From the human T2T-CHM13v2.0 reference genome, Homo sapiens, in assembly GCF_009914755.1 (NCBI RefSeq), contig NC_060943.1: a DNA stretch of 64,000 nucleotides. One strand, written 5' to 3'. The position numbers and the translations under genes are program-made. This document shows, in pieces, positions 1 to 15,884 of the stretch. How positions within the stretch are numbered: the first letter of the stretch is position 1; the number at the start of each line of letters is the position of its first letter. Below the pieces are notes generated by a model that was not told the DNA's origin, searched no databases, and was given only the letters and a program-made list of their open reading frames with translations.

Positions 1-2193
1 CAGAGGCGGGAGAATTGTTTGAGCCCAGGAGATGGAGGCTGCAGTGAGCTATGATTGCATCACTACACTCCAGCCTGGGCGACAGAGTGAGACTTATCTC
101 AAAAAAAAAAAAAAAAAAAAAAAGATCTAGGCCTCAGGGTCCCCCATGCCTGAGATCTCAGCCCCCTGGACATCTCCACATTTGAGAGAAATTGGTCTCC
201 AATTTCTCCAGGTCCTGGAGGCCTCTATGCCCAAGACTACGGCCCTGGGGTGATCTCTGGCAAGAGCCCAGTGCCAGGGTCTCAGCAGGATTTCAAACGT
301 TTGAGACCCTAACTAGCTAAGTCTCATGGCCTGGGCTCCCTCAGTGCAAGACTCCATCCCTGAGGGTTGCTGTGTTCAAGACAGTAGCCTTGAGCGTGTC
401 TCACTGCTGAGGCCCTGTCCTGGAGGGCTTCTGTGTCCGAGACCCTGTTCGGACAGTTACTACATCTGTGACCCCAGCTTGCGGAACCGCTGTGTGGAAG
501 AGGCCAGCCTTCAAACGTCTCCTTCCTCCTGTGTCCATTATCAATGTACCGCCTCTCAGCTTCAAATACACCCACGGAGTTAAGCTTTGTCAACAGAGGG
601 CGCTGGAGAGTCACCACAGGAGGGAGGGGCTCCTGGTCTGGATTCCAGCCAGTTTGGTCCTTCCAGCTCTGGCCAGGGTGGGGGGCCACATTCAGCGAGT
701 GCCACTGGCCGCAGCTGGCTTCCCAGTGAGGGGTTCCCTTCTTGCCAAGTCCAGCCTGCAGAAACCTCTGTGCCACCCAGTGGGCTACAGCTGCAGTGAG
801 ACTGGACTCAGCCTTGGGGCTGATTCTCCCCTCCTTGAAGAGGAGGGGCCAATGTCTCCCTTCCTTGAGGCCTCTACCTTAGCCCTAGAGTGGGAGCTAC
901 TTCCTATGTTTGCTTTGGTGGTATTCTTTAGTGCTCTCTTTACCGTTTCTTATTTATGTTTATTTATTTATTTGTAAAGAGACAAGGTCTTGCTGTCTTG
1001 CCCAGGCTGGAGAGCAGTGGTGCAATCATAGCTCACTGCAGCCTCGAAATCCTGGGGTCAACTGATCCTCCTACCTCAGCATCCTAAATAGCTGGGACCA
1101 CAGGCACGCATCACCACACCTGGCTAATTTTCAACTTTTTGTGGAGACAGGGGTCTCACTATGTTGCCCAGGCTGGTCTCAAACTCCTGGCCTCAAGCGA
1201 TCCTCCCAAAGTGCTGGGTGTGTGAGCCACGGCAGCAGGCCCTCTTTACCCTTAATAGTTAATCTCCTATTAATAAGTAAATGTTTAATTAAACTTTCCT
1301 CATTCAAATGGCCATACGCTTTCTGTCTCTCGACTAGATGCTGAGTGATATACCCCCCATTCCTGGGAGTCCCCATTATCCTGCTCATCAGCCCTGAGAG
1401 TCTTAGCCCCCACTCCTTGGTGCGGGAGCTCCTATTCTCTTATCCTTAGGGGGAGGAGAGTTCTCTGCTCTTCACCCTAAGAAATGAGCCCTGGGGGTGG
1501 CTGTGTCCCAGATTTAGTCTGGGGGATTCCCACATCAGAGACTATACTCCTAGAAATCCTGATCTTCCACTTGAGATGGGTCCCCATATCCAACATCCTG
1601 CCTTGGTGGGGTCTCTGTGCCTGAGACTCAGAACTCTGCTCTCTGTCCCTGCCCCTGGGATCCCAGTCTCTCCCCTGCCCTGTGCTGCTAGTGTCTGAAC
1701 CCCACACCTAATCCCACACATCAGTGTTCTGCTCACGATGGCCCCCTAGGCTGCTGCTCTTGTATTCTAAAGTCTTATAGGAGCCTGACCTCTTCACTTA
1801 CATAGTCTACGGCTGCTTTCATGCCACAGTGGCAGAGTGAGTAGCTGGAACGAGACCATGCACCCTGCGAGCTTAAACATTTGCCATGTAGCACATTAGA
1901 GCAAAGGCGCGCCTGGGCCTGCCTTATACTGAGGGCCTCTGACAGCCACCCTGAGAAACTTACCTCTGAGGGTCCGCACAGCCTAGATTCCCCTTAAGGG
2001 TCCCTGCCTCCCATAGTAGGTAACCCTGGCCCTATGAAACCCAGCCCAGGGGTCCCTAGGTCTGTGACCTCAATCTTTAGTCCTGTGCACCTCCCGCCAT
2101 GGACACCCCAGTTACACTACCCTCAGCCCCAGAGTCCTTGTCCTCCATCCCTAGTCCCATCAGCCCCAGTCCCAGCCCAGCCCAGCCCAGCAC

Positions 2194-2335
2194 CTTTGGT
2201 GACGCAGCTCAGGATGCCTCCGGAGGGCTGGCACACCTGCCCCGGCTTGCAGCTGTGTTCCTGGCACACCACGACTTTACCCGCATGGCACGTGCACTGC
2301 TGCCGACAGTTGTCAATGAGGACTGTCTGCTCCGG
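2194..2335 (-). CDS. FCGBP: FCGBP coding exon 10 (PEQTVLIDNCRQQCTCHAGKVVVC...SCVTK); not in the ORF track
   Basis: Manual translation of the minus strand. Acceptor ccccacag|CCG, donor AAAG|gtgctg; 142 nt, phase 0 to 1, in frame with exon 9; Cys-rich. Confidence 0.93.
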
Positions 2336-3789
2336 CTGTGGGGAGAGAGGGAACGGCCATCAGGGACACCACGGGTGGGAGCCGACTCTCACATCTCTGG
2401 CGTTCTGGCACAGAGGGGTTTGGCAGACATCACAGACAAGGGACATCTCTCAGCAGGATGGCCCGTTGTCTGTGAAGATGAGGCACAGCATGGCTTTGAG
2501 GCCATGATTCATTTGTACATTTGTTCATTCACTTTTCTTCATTAACTCATTCATTCCAAAATATCCGCTCAATGTCTGCTGTAGGAGAAATGGTGTGACA
2601 CAGTAACTAAGGGCAGATCGCCTGGGCTTGAAGCCCGTTTCTGCTGTTTCCGAACTGTGTGACTCTGGGCAAGTTACCTCACCTCTTGTTGGCTCAGTTT
2701 CCTGATTTGCAAATTGCAGATAATAGTAGCACCTGCCTATGGAAATATAACCAAGTTAATAACACATGTGAAGTGCAGATGAAAGGAAAAGGGTTTCCCT
2801 TAAATCATTCAGATAGGAGAGATGAGTGGGGTAGACATGAAACAAGATTGGGAGAATGTGGCTTATTTTTGAAGCTAAGTGATGGGTAAGTACATGGACA
2901 GTCATTCCACTGTTCTCTTGATTTTTGCATGTTTGAACGTTTTCAGAATAAAAAGTTTTTAGATATGTAATGCATATATAAAAATATGCACACATAGCAC
3001 TTAAAACGGTACCAGATACATAGTAAGCACTATCTACACATTTTCTGTTATTATTATTATTATTCATGTGAGGAGAACAACAGAGAGAGGGTTCCACCCC
3101 AGGAGAGCTCACAGTCCCCAAGGGAGATGGACATTGGACAAACACATGCTCCAGTCAAAGAAAAAGGACCAACGGGGACAGAGTGGGAGAGGGAAGTAGA
3201 GGGTGTTAGCAGCTGGTATAACACATGAAAATCTTGTCTTTGTGGTCAGAAAGGCTCCCTTCGTCCAGACCTGGAAGGCAAAGCCACAACTTGACCTGGG
3301 GAGTCAGGGGAGGGTTTAAAGCTTCAGAGCCCGTGGTCATATTTAGAAAGATCTTTACCACTGCCACGTGGAGGGTGGACCAGAGGGAGCAAAGGTAGGA
3401 GCTGGGAGGGACCCAGGTGGGAGAGGACCAGCTGGACCAAGGGAGGGCCATGGGGACGGGGAAAGGAGTGGGTACAAGAGACATTGAAGAGACTGAGTGG
3501 ACTAGCTGTGGTGGCTCACGCCTGTAATGCTCACACTTTGGGAGGCCAACGCAGGAGGATCACTTGCAGTCAGGAATTTGAGAGCAGCCTGGCCAATATG
3601 GCAAAATCCCATCTCTAACAAAACTACAAAAATTAACCATGTGTGGTGGCACATGCCTGTAGTCTTAGCTTCTTGGGAGGCTGGCGCAGGAGAATTACTT
3701 GAACCTGGGATGCTGAGGTTGCAGTGAGCTTGAACCCAGGCAGTGGAGGTTGCACTCCGGCCTGGGCACAGAGCAAGACTATGTCATTA

Positions 3790-3957
<168 letters not shown>

Positions 3958-4209
3958 TTAAAAATTCGCTGGGCTTGGTGGTGCATGCCTATAGTCCCAG
4001 ATACTTGGGAGGTGAGGTGGAAGGATTGCTTGAGCCAAGGAATTCGGGGCTGCAGTGAGCTATGGTACCCTTGCCCTCCAGCCTGGGTGACGGAGTGAGA
4101 CCCTGACTCTAAAAGAAATAAATAAGAGGCCAAGTAGACAGGCCGTGGGGCTGATGAGCAGTGGGAGGGGTGAGACCCCATATTCTGCCCCAGATGACTA
4201 GGTTCCTAC

Positions 4210-4409
4210 CTCATAGTAGACACCATTGTGGTAGCAGCCGCATTGCTGGATGGGCACGCAGGCTTGGCCATTGTAGAGGAAGCCGGAGTCACACTGGCAG
4301 CCCTCAGCACACCCATCCTGGCACTGTGGAGGGGCACTGAGAGCTGAGCAGCCCAGGGAGCAGGTGTCCGCACAGAGCTCGTAGTGACTGTTCGGAGGGC
4401 ACTCCATGG
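4210..4409 (-). CDS. FCGBP: FCGBP coding exon 9 (TIL domain, PMECPPNSHYELC...GVYYE)
   Basis: Within ORF 4198..4584. Acceptor ccttgcag|CC, donor GAG|gtagga; 200 nt. Confidence 0.96.
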
Positions 4410-4527
4410 CTGCAAGGAGGGGGTGCCGATCAGAGCCCTGGGGAGGGAGGGGCTGCAAGGCCCAGGGTCTACCCCTTCTGTGCCTCAAGCTCTCCCCTCC
4501 CTGCCCCTCCGGCTCTCCCTCACTCAC

Positions 4528-5122
4528 GACAGAAAGTTTCAGTCCTCCAGGGCTCCACGTGGCCTCCAGCCGCCTGGCAAGCACTCACGTAGGCATGGAT
4601 GTTGCTGCAGAGAATGCTCAGGTTCCCACCACCCAGGCAGAGATCAAAGATGCAATCTTTCAAGGGACCCTGGGGATCCACCAGCTTGTGGCAGGAGGAC
4701 AGTGGCCCTGTGGGGCTGGAGAGGAGCCCACAGAACTCCTCCTTCTGATACTTCTTCTCCAGCTCGGGAGGACACTTGTGGCTGGGGATACAGTCCTCGC
4801 TCCCCAGCGGGCAAGGGGTGGGCGGCAGGCAGGGAGAGTCGGGCACCACCTCCTCCCAGGAGTTGCCGAACTCATTGGCGTTGCCTGCCTGTGAGCCATT
4901 GGGCTTCTGGAAGTCATCCTTGGGGTCGCCGTTGTAGTTCCCACACAGGCCACACATCTGCTGGTAGTAGTTTCCGGGGACGGTGACCCGCACATAGTAC
5001 ACAAGGTCGTAGGCCACACGCAGGCCGAAGTCGGTCTCAATCACAACATCTGAACCATGCTGGGAGGCACGGATCTGGCCGTTGGCCAGCACCACGGGCA
5101 GCTTCATGTCCACACCGTTCAC
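4528..5122 (-). CDS. FCGBP: FCGBP coding exon 8 (C-terminal half of VWD3 with CGLCGN, plus C8)
   Basis: ORF 4520..5122. Acceptor cctcccag|GTG, donor TGTC|gtgagt; 595 nt. Confidence 0.97.
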
Positions 5123-5279
5123 CTGGGAGGCGAGAGAGGCAGGCCACGCTTCAGAAAGTAGACTTTGAGTAGGGGTAGGACCCTAGTTCAAGCCCATGCC
5201 TGATGCTGAAGATCTGTGTGACCACACCTCTTAGGGCTTCACTTTTTGTATCTCTAAAGTTGGTAGAATAATAGGGCCT

Positions 5280-5724
5280 GATAGTGGATTGAATGGTGGT
5301 CCATAAAAGACATATTCACCCAGAATCCCATAACGTGAGCTTACTTGGAATAAAGTTCTTTGCAGATGTAATCAGGGTAATAATCTCAACATGAGATTAT
5401 CCTGGATTAAACTGGGCCCTAAATCCAATGACAAGTGTCCTTATAAGAGCCAGAAAGAAAAAGGCAAAGAGACACACAGAAAGGGCCACATGAAGATGAA
5501 GGCAGGGATTAGAATGGTGGTGTCACAAGCCCAGAGAACCTGGAGTCTGCAGAGCTGGAAAGGGAAAGGAAGATCCCCCAACCAGTGTCTTTGGAAGGGG
5601 TGCAGCCCTGCCCACACCTTGATGTTGAACTTCTGGCACCCAGGACTGTGGAACATACATTTCTAGTGTTTTAAGCCACCAAGCTCGTGGTAATTTGTTA
5701 TGGCAGCCATGGGAAACGAATACA
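5280..5724 (+). mobile_element. MaLR LTR (MLT1-type)
   Basis: gtggattgaatggtggtcc...gggccctaaatccaatgacaagtgtccttataag...ggaaacgaataca signature. Confidence 0.8.
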
Positions 5725-6164
5725 GGTCTCGATGAAGTAACAAGCCTCCAGCTATCCTTTGTTTACCACTTGCTGCAGTCATTAATAAGCAATGATCGCC
5801 CCTAGAGCCACTTGCCCGAGTTCAAACAGTTTCCCCCTTACCCTCTTTGTGACCTTGGGGGTCACAAAGTCACCTCTCCCTGTTTCTGTTTCCTCATCTA
5901 TCAGGCGGGAATAAGGTGTTTGCCCCACGGAACTGTTGTCAGGATCAGATAAATTAATATTTGTAAAGTGCTGAGAAACGTGGCTGGCATAGCATGCATG
6001 CTTCAGGAGCATTTGCTGTTATTAGCAGCTATGAGTGGAGTTTTTTCTTTTGAAGAGTAAACAGACACCACAGGTTTTTGCTTTAAAGCATCAGTGAGTG
6101 GAAAGTTAGGCTAAATTCTTGGGGAAATGAACTTAAACCTATGAGCTGAGGACCAGTGGTTTCA

Positions 6165-6505
<341 letters not shown>

Positions 6506-6560
6506 TCACGCCTGTAATCCCAGCACTTTGAGAGGCCGAAGTGGGTGGATCTCGAGGTCA

Positions 6561-6776
<216 letters not shown>

Positions 6777-7477
6777 TCACGCCTGTCCAGTTCACCAGAT
6801 TAAGTCAGTAATTGATCAGCACCTTCGCCAATACTGCTACTAGAAAAACAGCTGTGTGTCTGTTTCAGTGGGATCTCAGGGGAAACCCCTCCACTATAAC
6901 TGAGATGCCAGTCTCCACATGAGACCAAATCTTCTCAGTGAGCAAAGCACTGCAGAGCAGCATGGGGTTCAAGCTCCACCTTTGCTGGGGGACTATGGGC
7001 CAGTGATGGGCCGTCCCACTCTGAAAAATAAAGCAAGTCATAGTGCCTGCAGCCCCTGTTGGAAGCATACAGACACCATGGACGTGAAGTGCCTGGCAGC
7101 CAAAAGGTGTGCAGTCAGCTGTATAGAAACTATAGCTGCTGTTGTTGTTGTTAAGGCGGTGAGAGTGTCACCCACAGATTGTCCTCTGTCCATGAAGCTT
7201 CTCCAGACTTGATTTTTCCCAACCTCTGATGGTATCACATCCTGCCAATGAGTGGCAGACTAGGGAGGTGGGTAGGGCAGAATCCAGGATTGAGGTGAGG
7301 AGAGGATGAAGCGGGAGGGAGGAGAGAGTGGGAGAGATTTGGAGAGAAAAGTCAATGCGGCCAGGTGCAGTGGCTCACGCCTGTAATCCTAGCGCTTTGG
7401 GAGGCCAAGGCGGGTGGATCACAAGGTCAGGCGTTCAAGACCAGCCTGGCCAACATGGTGAAACCCTGTCTCTACTA

Positions 7478-7696
<219 letters not shown>

Positions 7697-7910
7697 TTAG
7701 GGACAGAGATGGGGGAGCAGCTCCCAAGTCCCTGATGACACCTCCCTCATTGGCTTCCCACTCTGGGTTCTGACTGGCATCTTCTGTCCTCAGGGACCCC
7801 AGGCCTCGCACATGCACTCTCATCTCTGTGCCCCCAACTCCTGGGCTGAGCGCGGCCTGTGTCCCACCCACCCACAGGCCCCTGGCCCCCTGTTCCCCAT
7901 CTGCTCTCAC

Positions 7911-8503
7911 CGTGACCTTCCACTGTCTCTGCTCCAGCCGCAGGGTGAAGTTTGCCACCTGGACCGTGATCACCCTGGTCACACTGACTCGCCCATTACC
8001 CCAGGCCACGTTCTCCTGCAGGACGGCAAACCGATGCAGGCCAGGCCGGGTGCCGCAGGTCTGAGCCAGCACATACACGCAGGTGCCCATGAAGTCGAAG
8101 CGGCGGCCATCGAAGGTGGTGTAGTGGGGGTCTCCTGACGCCTGGCAGGTGCTAGAGCCCACGGCCACACAGCCCAAGCTGCCACCGGATGGCTGGCAGG
8201 CCTCGTGCGGTCCGCAGCTGGAGGACTCACAGGACACCAGGCCGCCCTCCTGGCAGTGGCAAAGGGAATCACATCCGGGGCCAGGGTAGAAGGTCTGGCC
8301 TGGTGGGTGGTAGGTGCCCTGGTGTACGCAGCCACAGGAGGCCAGGGGCAGGCAGGACTCACCACTGAGCGCAAAGCCCTCATCGCACACGCAGCCCTCA
8401 TGGCATTCTGAGCCACAGCCCCCGGGCACTGGGAGGTCTCCACAGGACAGCGGGCAGCCGTAGGAACACGCCTCATAGTGGCTGTGGGGTGGGCAGCTCA
8501 GTG
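7911..8503 (-). CDS. FCGBP: FCGBP coding exon 7 (TIL plus N-terminal half of VWD3, ASGDPHY)
   Basis: ORF 7665..8567. Acceptor ccctgcag|CA, donor ACG|gtgaga; 593 nt. Confidence 0.97.
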
Positions 8504-8561
8504 CTGCAGGGAGAGGAGACATCAAGATCAAGAATTCCTGCTCCCAGGTCAGGAGTTCGAG

Positions 8562-8756
8562 ACACACTCACATACAAGTGGTCCCTCAACACATTCGTAT
8601 GCACACAAACACTCAAACACACTCACACACAAGTGGTCCCCCAAGACATTCATATGCACACACACGCTCAAACACACTCACACACACACAAGCGGTCCCC
8701 CAACACATTCGTATGCACACACAGATGCTCAAAGACACTCACACACAAGCGGTCCC
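8562..8756. repeat. CA-rich minisatellite, ~55-59-bp unit, ~3.3 copies
   Basis: The AAGYGGTCCC core recurs at ~8576, 8631, 8690 and 8747. Confidence 0.85.
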
Positions 8757-9439
8757 ATTGCAGGGTGCTTGGGGAACACATTACATCGCAGTTAATCTGA
8801 TCCTGATAATTAAGATTCTTTCCCAATTTAACTATGGTTTGGAGTTATCTATTATGGTTTTTTTTTTTTTTGAGATAGGGGTCGCTCTGTTACTCAGGCT
8901 GGAGCGCGGTGGTGCTTGCTATCACAGCTCACTGCAGCTTTGACCTCCTGGGCTCAAGCAATCCTCCCACTTCAGCCTCCTGAGTAGCTGGGACTATAGG
9001 CGTGCACCATCATGCCTGGCTAACTGTTCAAATTTTTTATAGAGATGCGGTCTCGCTATGTTGCCCAGGCTGGCCTCAAACTCCTGGGCTCAAGCAGTCC
9101 ACCTGCCTCAGCCTCCCGAAGTGCCGGGATTGCAGGAATGAGCCACCACACCCAGCCTTCTATTATGTCTTTAATGACCTTATTCAAGTTGGATACATGG
9201 TGTTGATATGTGGCATATATTTTAAACATGCATATGCATATATTTCTGTGTTTGTATAATCTATGCAATATTTGTGAATGCAATACTTTTAGCTTCTTCC
9301 TTCTATAGCAGTAATTAAAATATTTAGCCAGTGTTATAAAGAAAAAAAGAAAAACCTCCCTGCTCCCCTCCCCAAACTCCAGTCACTCCATAAAAAGCAA
9401 ATCTAAGTGACTAAAACTAAACCACATTAAATCTCTATC

Positions 9440-9650
9440 TGTGCTGTCAAATACAGTAGCCACTAGCCACTTGTGACCATTTGGATGTAAGTTAATTAAA
9501 ATGAAACAAAATTGAAGATTTAGCTCCTCAGTCACAACAGCCTCATTGCAAGTGCTCAGCAGCCACATGTGACCTGTGGTGACCTGGTATGTATTTGAAC
9601 AGCTCAAATATGGAGCTGTCATCATTGAAGTTCTGCTGGGTGGTGCTGTT
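9440..9650. mobile_element. MER3-like hAT-Charlie DNA transposon
   Basis: ctgtgctgtcaaatacagtagccactagccac...gtgctcagcagccacatgtg signature. Confidence 0.65.
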
Positions 9651-9941
9651 CTGAAGCTGACATCCAGCTTACAGGAGAATCATGGGGACATAGGGACAAG
9701 TTCAATAACACTCCAAAATAGCAACTAGCCAGATCCTGAAAGTATGAAATTCTGCAGGATAAATAACCTATCTTTCCCAGTAAATAAGTGACATAGACAA
9801 AAGGAAGAGCTGGATGGAGGGATAGCTATGTGATAAGGCAAATGAATGAATTAGAATTAGAGTGAAGAGGCCGGGCGCGGTGGCTCACACCTGTAACCCC
9901 AGCATTTTTGGAAGCCGAGGCAGGAGGATCACTTGAGGTCA

Positions 9942-10202
<261 letters not shown>

Positions 10203-11389
10203 TTAGAGTGTAGAGTCCAGGTGGTAGGTTTATGGGTCTTCACTGTAAAATTCTTTCAACTTTTTTGTATATTTGACAATTTTCATAATACTATGTTGGG
10301 AGGAACAAAGGAAGGAAATTCTGACAGAGTAAAAGCAAAGAGGTAGATCAATCCAATGCAGTATGTGTATTTGGTTTGGTTCTAGAGCCAAACAAAATAG
10401 AAAAAAACCTTTTTTTTTTTTTAGACAATTGGGAAAATTTGAACCCAGATTGGGCTTTACATGATGTTAGGGAATTAATGTTATTGTTGTTACTGGTAAT
10501 TACCACATGCCCTCATATCTCTTTCTTTCTTCCTTCCTTTTTTTTTTTTTTTTTTTAGAGACAGGGCCTCACTGGAGTGCAGTGGCACAGTCTCGCCTCA
10601 CTGCCACCTCCACCTCCTGGGCTGAAGATATTCTCCCACCTTAGCCTCCTGAGTAGCTGAAATGATAGGCACTAGTCACCATGCCCGGCTTATTCTTTAT
10701 TTTTATTTTTGTAGAGACTGGGTTTTGCTATGTTGCTCAGGCTGGTCTTGAACTCCTGGCCTCCAGCGATCCTTCCACCTAGGCCTCCCAAAGTGCTGGG
10801 ATTACAGGCATGAAAAGCAAACTCCTGTGCCTTAAAAGTCCTTTTTTGTTGCTGAAAAGCAGATGCTTACTGAAGTAGTTAGAGGAGAACTGATCTGCCT
10901 AGAATTTGATCTAAAATATTCTACCAAAAAAGAGGGGGTGGAGTGAGAGGTAGAGGAACTAAGAATGGCAAAATACCAATAATTGTTCAAGCTGGGTCAG
11001 GCCTCCGTCTGCATATCTAAGACCTCATGATCCAGTCTTCTAGAACTTCCAGGTGGTACAAGGAAAGGAGTAGTTTTAAGGAAACAAGAGATTCTCAATT
11101 TCCACACAGGCCACAGAGTCTGATAATTAACAGCACAAAATCAGGAGCCAGCCTGTTCAAATCACCCCACCGGCTGTGTGACCTCAGGCTAGTTCCTTAA
11201 CATCTCTGTGGTTCAGTTTCCTCGTCTTGTAAAATAGGAATAAGAGCAATTCTGCCTCACGGGGTGGTTGTGAGGATTCAATGAGAAACCCTTAGAACAG
11301 GACCTGCCCAGTGGGATGCGTGTCACACAACTGCTAGCTGGAATTATACGTGTCCTGCCTAAAAGGACAGCCCAAGAATGCTCTGTTAG

Positions 11390-11728
<339 letters not shown>

Positions 11729-12632
11729 TGATCTGCCCGCCTCAGCCTCCCAAAGTGCTGGGATTACAGGCATGAGCCACCACACCCAGCCCCATCCTGA
11801 ATCTTAACACATGGCACAGTGCCCTGGAGTGTGAAACCTCTGAGGACATAAACGGACGATTTCAAATATTGCTATCGCTGTGAACACAACGAATGCTGAA
11901 TCATTATTGAGTAATAAATCAAAAGGAGGGCCTAATAGAATTGGCTGCTCACAGATAATATAAAATAAATTTGTCGTGTCTCACTGTGTGCCTTCCCTAT
12001 GACTCAGAAGGGGTTCAGAGCACGGAGTGATGTTACTCCACCTGCACTCTGTCCACTCCCACCCACTTATTAATATCATGTAAGCCAGGAGCTGTGGCTC
12101 AAGTCTGTAATCTCAGCACTTTGGGAGGCCAAGGCGGGAGGAAGGCTTGAGCCCAGGAGTTTGAGACCAGCCTGGACAACATAGCGAGATCTTGTGTCTA
12201 CAAAAAATAAAAAATTAGCCAGGCATGGTAGTGTGCACCTGTAGTCCCAGCTACTCAGGAGGCTGACACAGGAGGACTACTCGAGCCCAAAGATGGAGGC
12301 TACAGTAAGCTGTGATCACACCACTGGACTCCAGCCTCGGTGACAGGATAATACCTTATCTCAAAAATAAATAAATATCATATCTACAAAAATGAAAGAT
12401 AGGATTAGAATTGATGCTGAACCCTGTCTCATTCTAACAATATATGTGAAATATTGGGTGGGGGTAAGCTCACTGAGTGATGCCATTACAATGGCCATTA
12501 CAATTTACTTCTGTTTAATATTTTTATCAATTGTGCACAAACAATTCTTGCAATGATATCTTACTCCATTAAAAAAACCACTTAGAGTCTTAGAGTCTCA
12601 GGAATTTCTAAAACTTCTTATATCTTTTATAA

Positions 12633-12941
<309 letters not shown>

Positions 12942-13322
12942 TGATGGCGATTGTGACACAGGCTGCCAATGGTCACGTCTTGACTCTGGGCATGACCATG
13001 GCACTTGCTTTGGCCAATGGGACATTGGCCACCATGATACCAAGTAGAGCCTTGGAAAGTGCTTGCACACTGGGGCTTGTGTGCTCTTAGGAATCTTGAG
13101 AGCACCTTGGGAAGAAGCCTTGGCTCACCTGCTGGAAGATGAGACCAAGTAGAGCAGAGACAAGAATTCCCAGCTGAGGGCCCCCCAAACCAACCAGCTT
13201 GACAGCTGCCAGATGTGTAAAATCACCCTAGATTACCCGGCCTTGGCTGAGCCTCCAACAGACTGCAGAGATCAACCAAGCTGGCCCAGGCTGGGAGAAC
13301 AGCTCAGCAGCCCCCAGAATCA

Positions 13323-13693
<371 letters not shown>

Positions 13694-14192
13694 CTAAGCC
13701 TTGGGTTGTTTGTTAGGCACCAAAAGCCAGCTGATACAGTGACTTTAACAAAAGACTTCCATGCATTCAAATGTGTTACATTAGGTTAAATTCTGTTAGA
13801 ACTAAAAAGCATTAGAAAATCAGTTCAGAAAGGCAAGGATTTGTTTTCTTATTCTCTCCCCTATTGTATCCGGAGTGTTTAGAATAGTGCCTGGAATACA
13901 GAAGGTATTTTTGAATGTTTTGGATATTTGTTGAATGAATGAATGTAAGTTGAAGGAGAAAAAGGAATGATGTATTTATCCTGTATTTTTCAGTGGACAA
14001 TGATGTGTACTACTGTGTGCTATGTATCTGTTGAATACATTTAAAAGAGGAGCATAAGTCAAGTAATGGTTTCATTTTGAAATACCAATATTATGTTGAT
14101 AATTGTGGAAACTAAATGATGGATATATGCTGGCTCACTATCCTAGTTTACTTTGGATATGTTTAAATTTTTCCCTAATAAAAATGTTCTTA

Positions 14193-14516
<324 letters not shown>

Positions 14517-14982
14517 TTACCATTTGTTAGAAATTATATGTTTTATGATTATTTCAGGTGAAAAACTAGACATGTATGCTTCTATTAATTCCAAAATTCA
14601 AAAACTTTAGAAGTCAGAATAGTGGTTACCTCTTGGGGTTGGGAACCTGGATTTTTTTTTTTTCTTGAATTTGGGACAGTTCACACAGGTTTGTTCTCTT
14701 GGTGAAAACTGATCAAGCTGTTAGCTTATGATATGTACATATTTTTAAATATCTGTATTATATTTCAATAATAAATTTTTTAAATTAAAAATCGGGTGAG
14801 AGGAAACTGGTACGATGGCTCACACCTGTCATCCTAGTATTTTGAGAGGCCGAGGCAGGAGGATTGCTTGAGCCCAAGAGCCCGAGACCAGCCTGGGCAA
14901 AATATCAAAACCCTGTCTCTATAAAAAATATTTTAAAAATTAGCGGGGGATGGTGGTGCAAGCCTGCCGTTTCAGCTACTCA

Positions 14983-15096
<114 letters not shown>

Positions 15097-15884
15097 TCAG
15101 GTGAGAGGATGCATGGCTTTTCAAACTTCTTTCATAGGCAAGCAAAGGTGTTGGAAAACCATTCATGCACCCACCTCTGAAACAAGGCTCTCAAACTGAC
15201 TGCCCAAGGGGTCAGGCAGATGTAAATAAGCGAGGTAGGATAGATGGGGACCAAAAAGAACCAGAGAGGGGATGAGACTCCTAATGACAATACTGTTGCT
15301 CATATCTCAATGACAGCTGTTATGTGGGAATCAGACCCTGGGCCACCAGGTGTACTCAGTCATTTTACAAATACCAACTGCCGCTGGGCACGGTGGCTCA
15401 CGCCTGTAATCCCAGCACTTTGGAAGGCTGAGGTGGGCGGATCACGTGGTCAGGAGATCGAGACCATCCTGGCCAACATGGTGAAACCCCATCTCTACTA
15501 AAAATACAAAAATTAGCTGGGCTTGGTGGCGCATGCCTGTAATCCCAGCTACTCTGGAGGCTGAGGCAGGAGAATAGCTTGAACCAGACTCAGAGGTTGC
15601 AGTGAGCCGAGATCATGCCACTGCACTCCAGCCTGGTGACAGAGCAAGACTCCATCTAAAAAAAAAATACCAACTGCATGCCCACCATCTGTGATTTTCT
15701 AGCTATCATGATCCCAGGTGTGTAACTGAACCTTTCTGAACTTCAATTTCTTCATCTGTTAAATGGGTATAACCACAATCCCTACCTCATAGGGCTATTA
15801 TAAGGATTAAATGAATTAATGATATTTATACATTAATGAATATATGTAAGGCTGAGTCCCCCAGTTGCCACTTCCGATACTCAC

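Noticed and set aside
1-2193. Next FCGBP exon
   Set aside because: No Cys-rich or GDPH-containing frame with splice sites was found; the intron appears to run past the window edge.
8562-8756. Repeat-spacer-like periodicity (CRISPR-like)
   Set aside because: The whole unit repeats with no unique spacers; this is a eukaryotic minisatellite.
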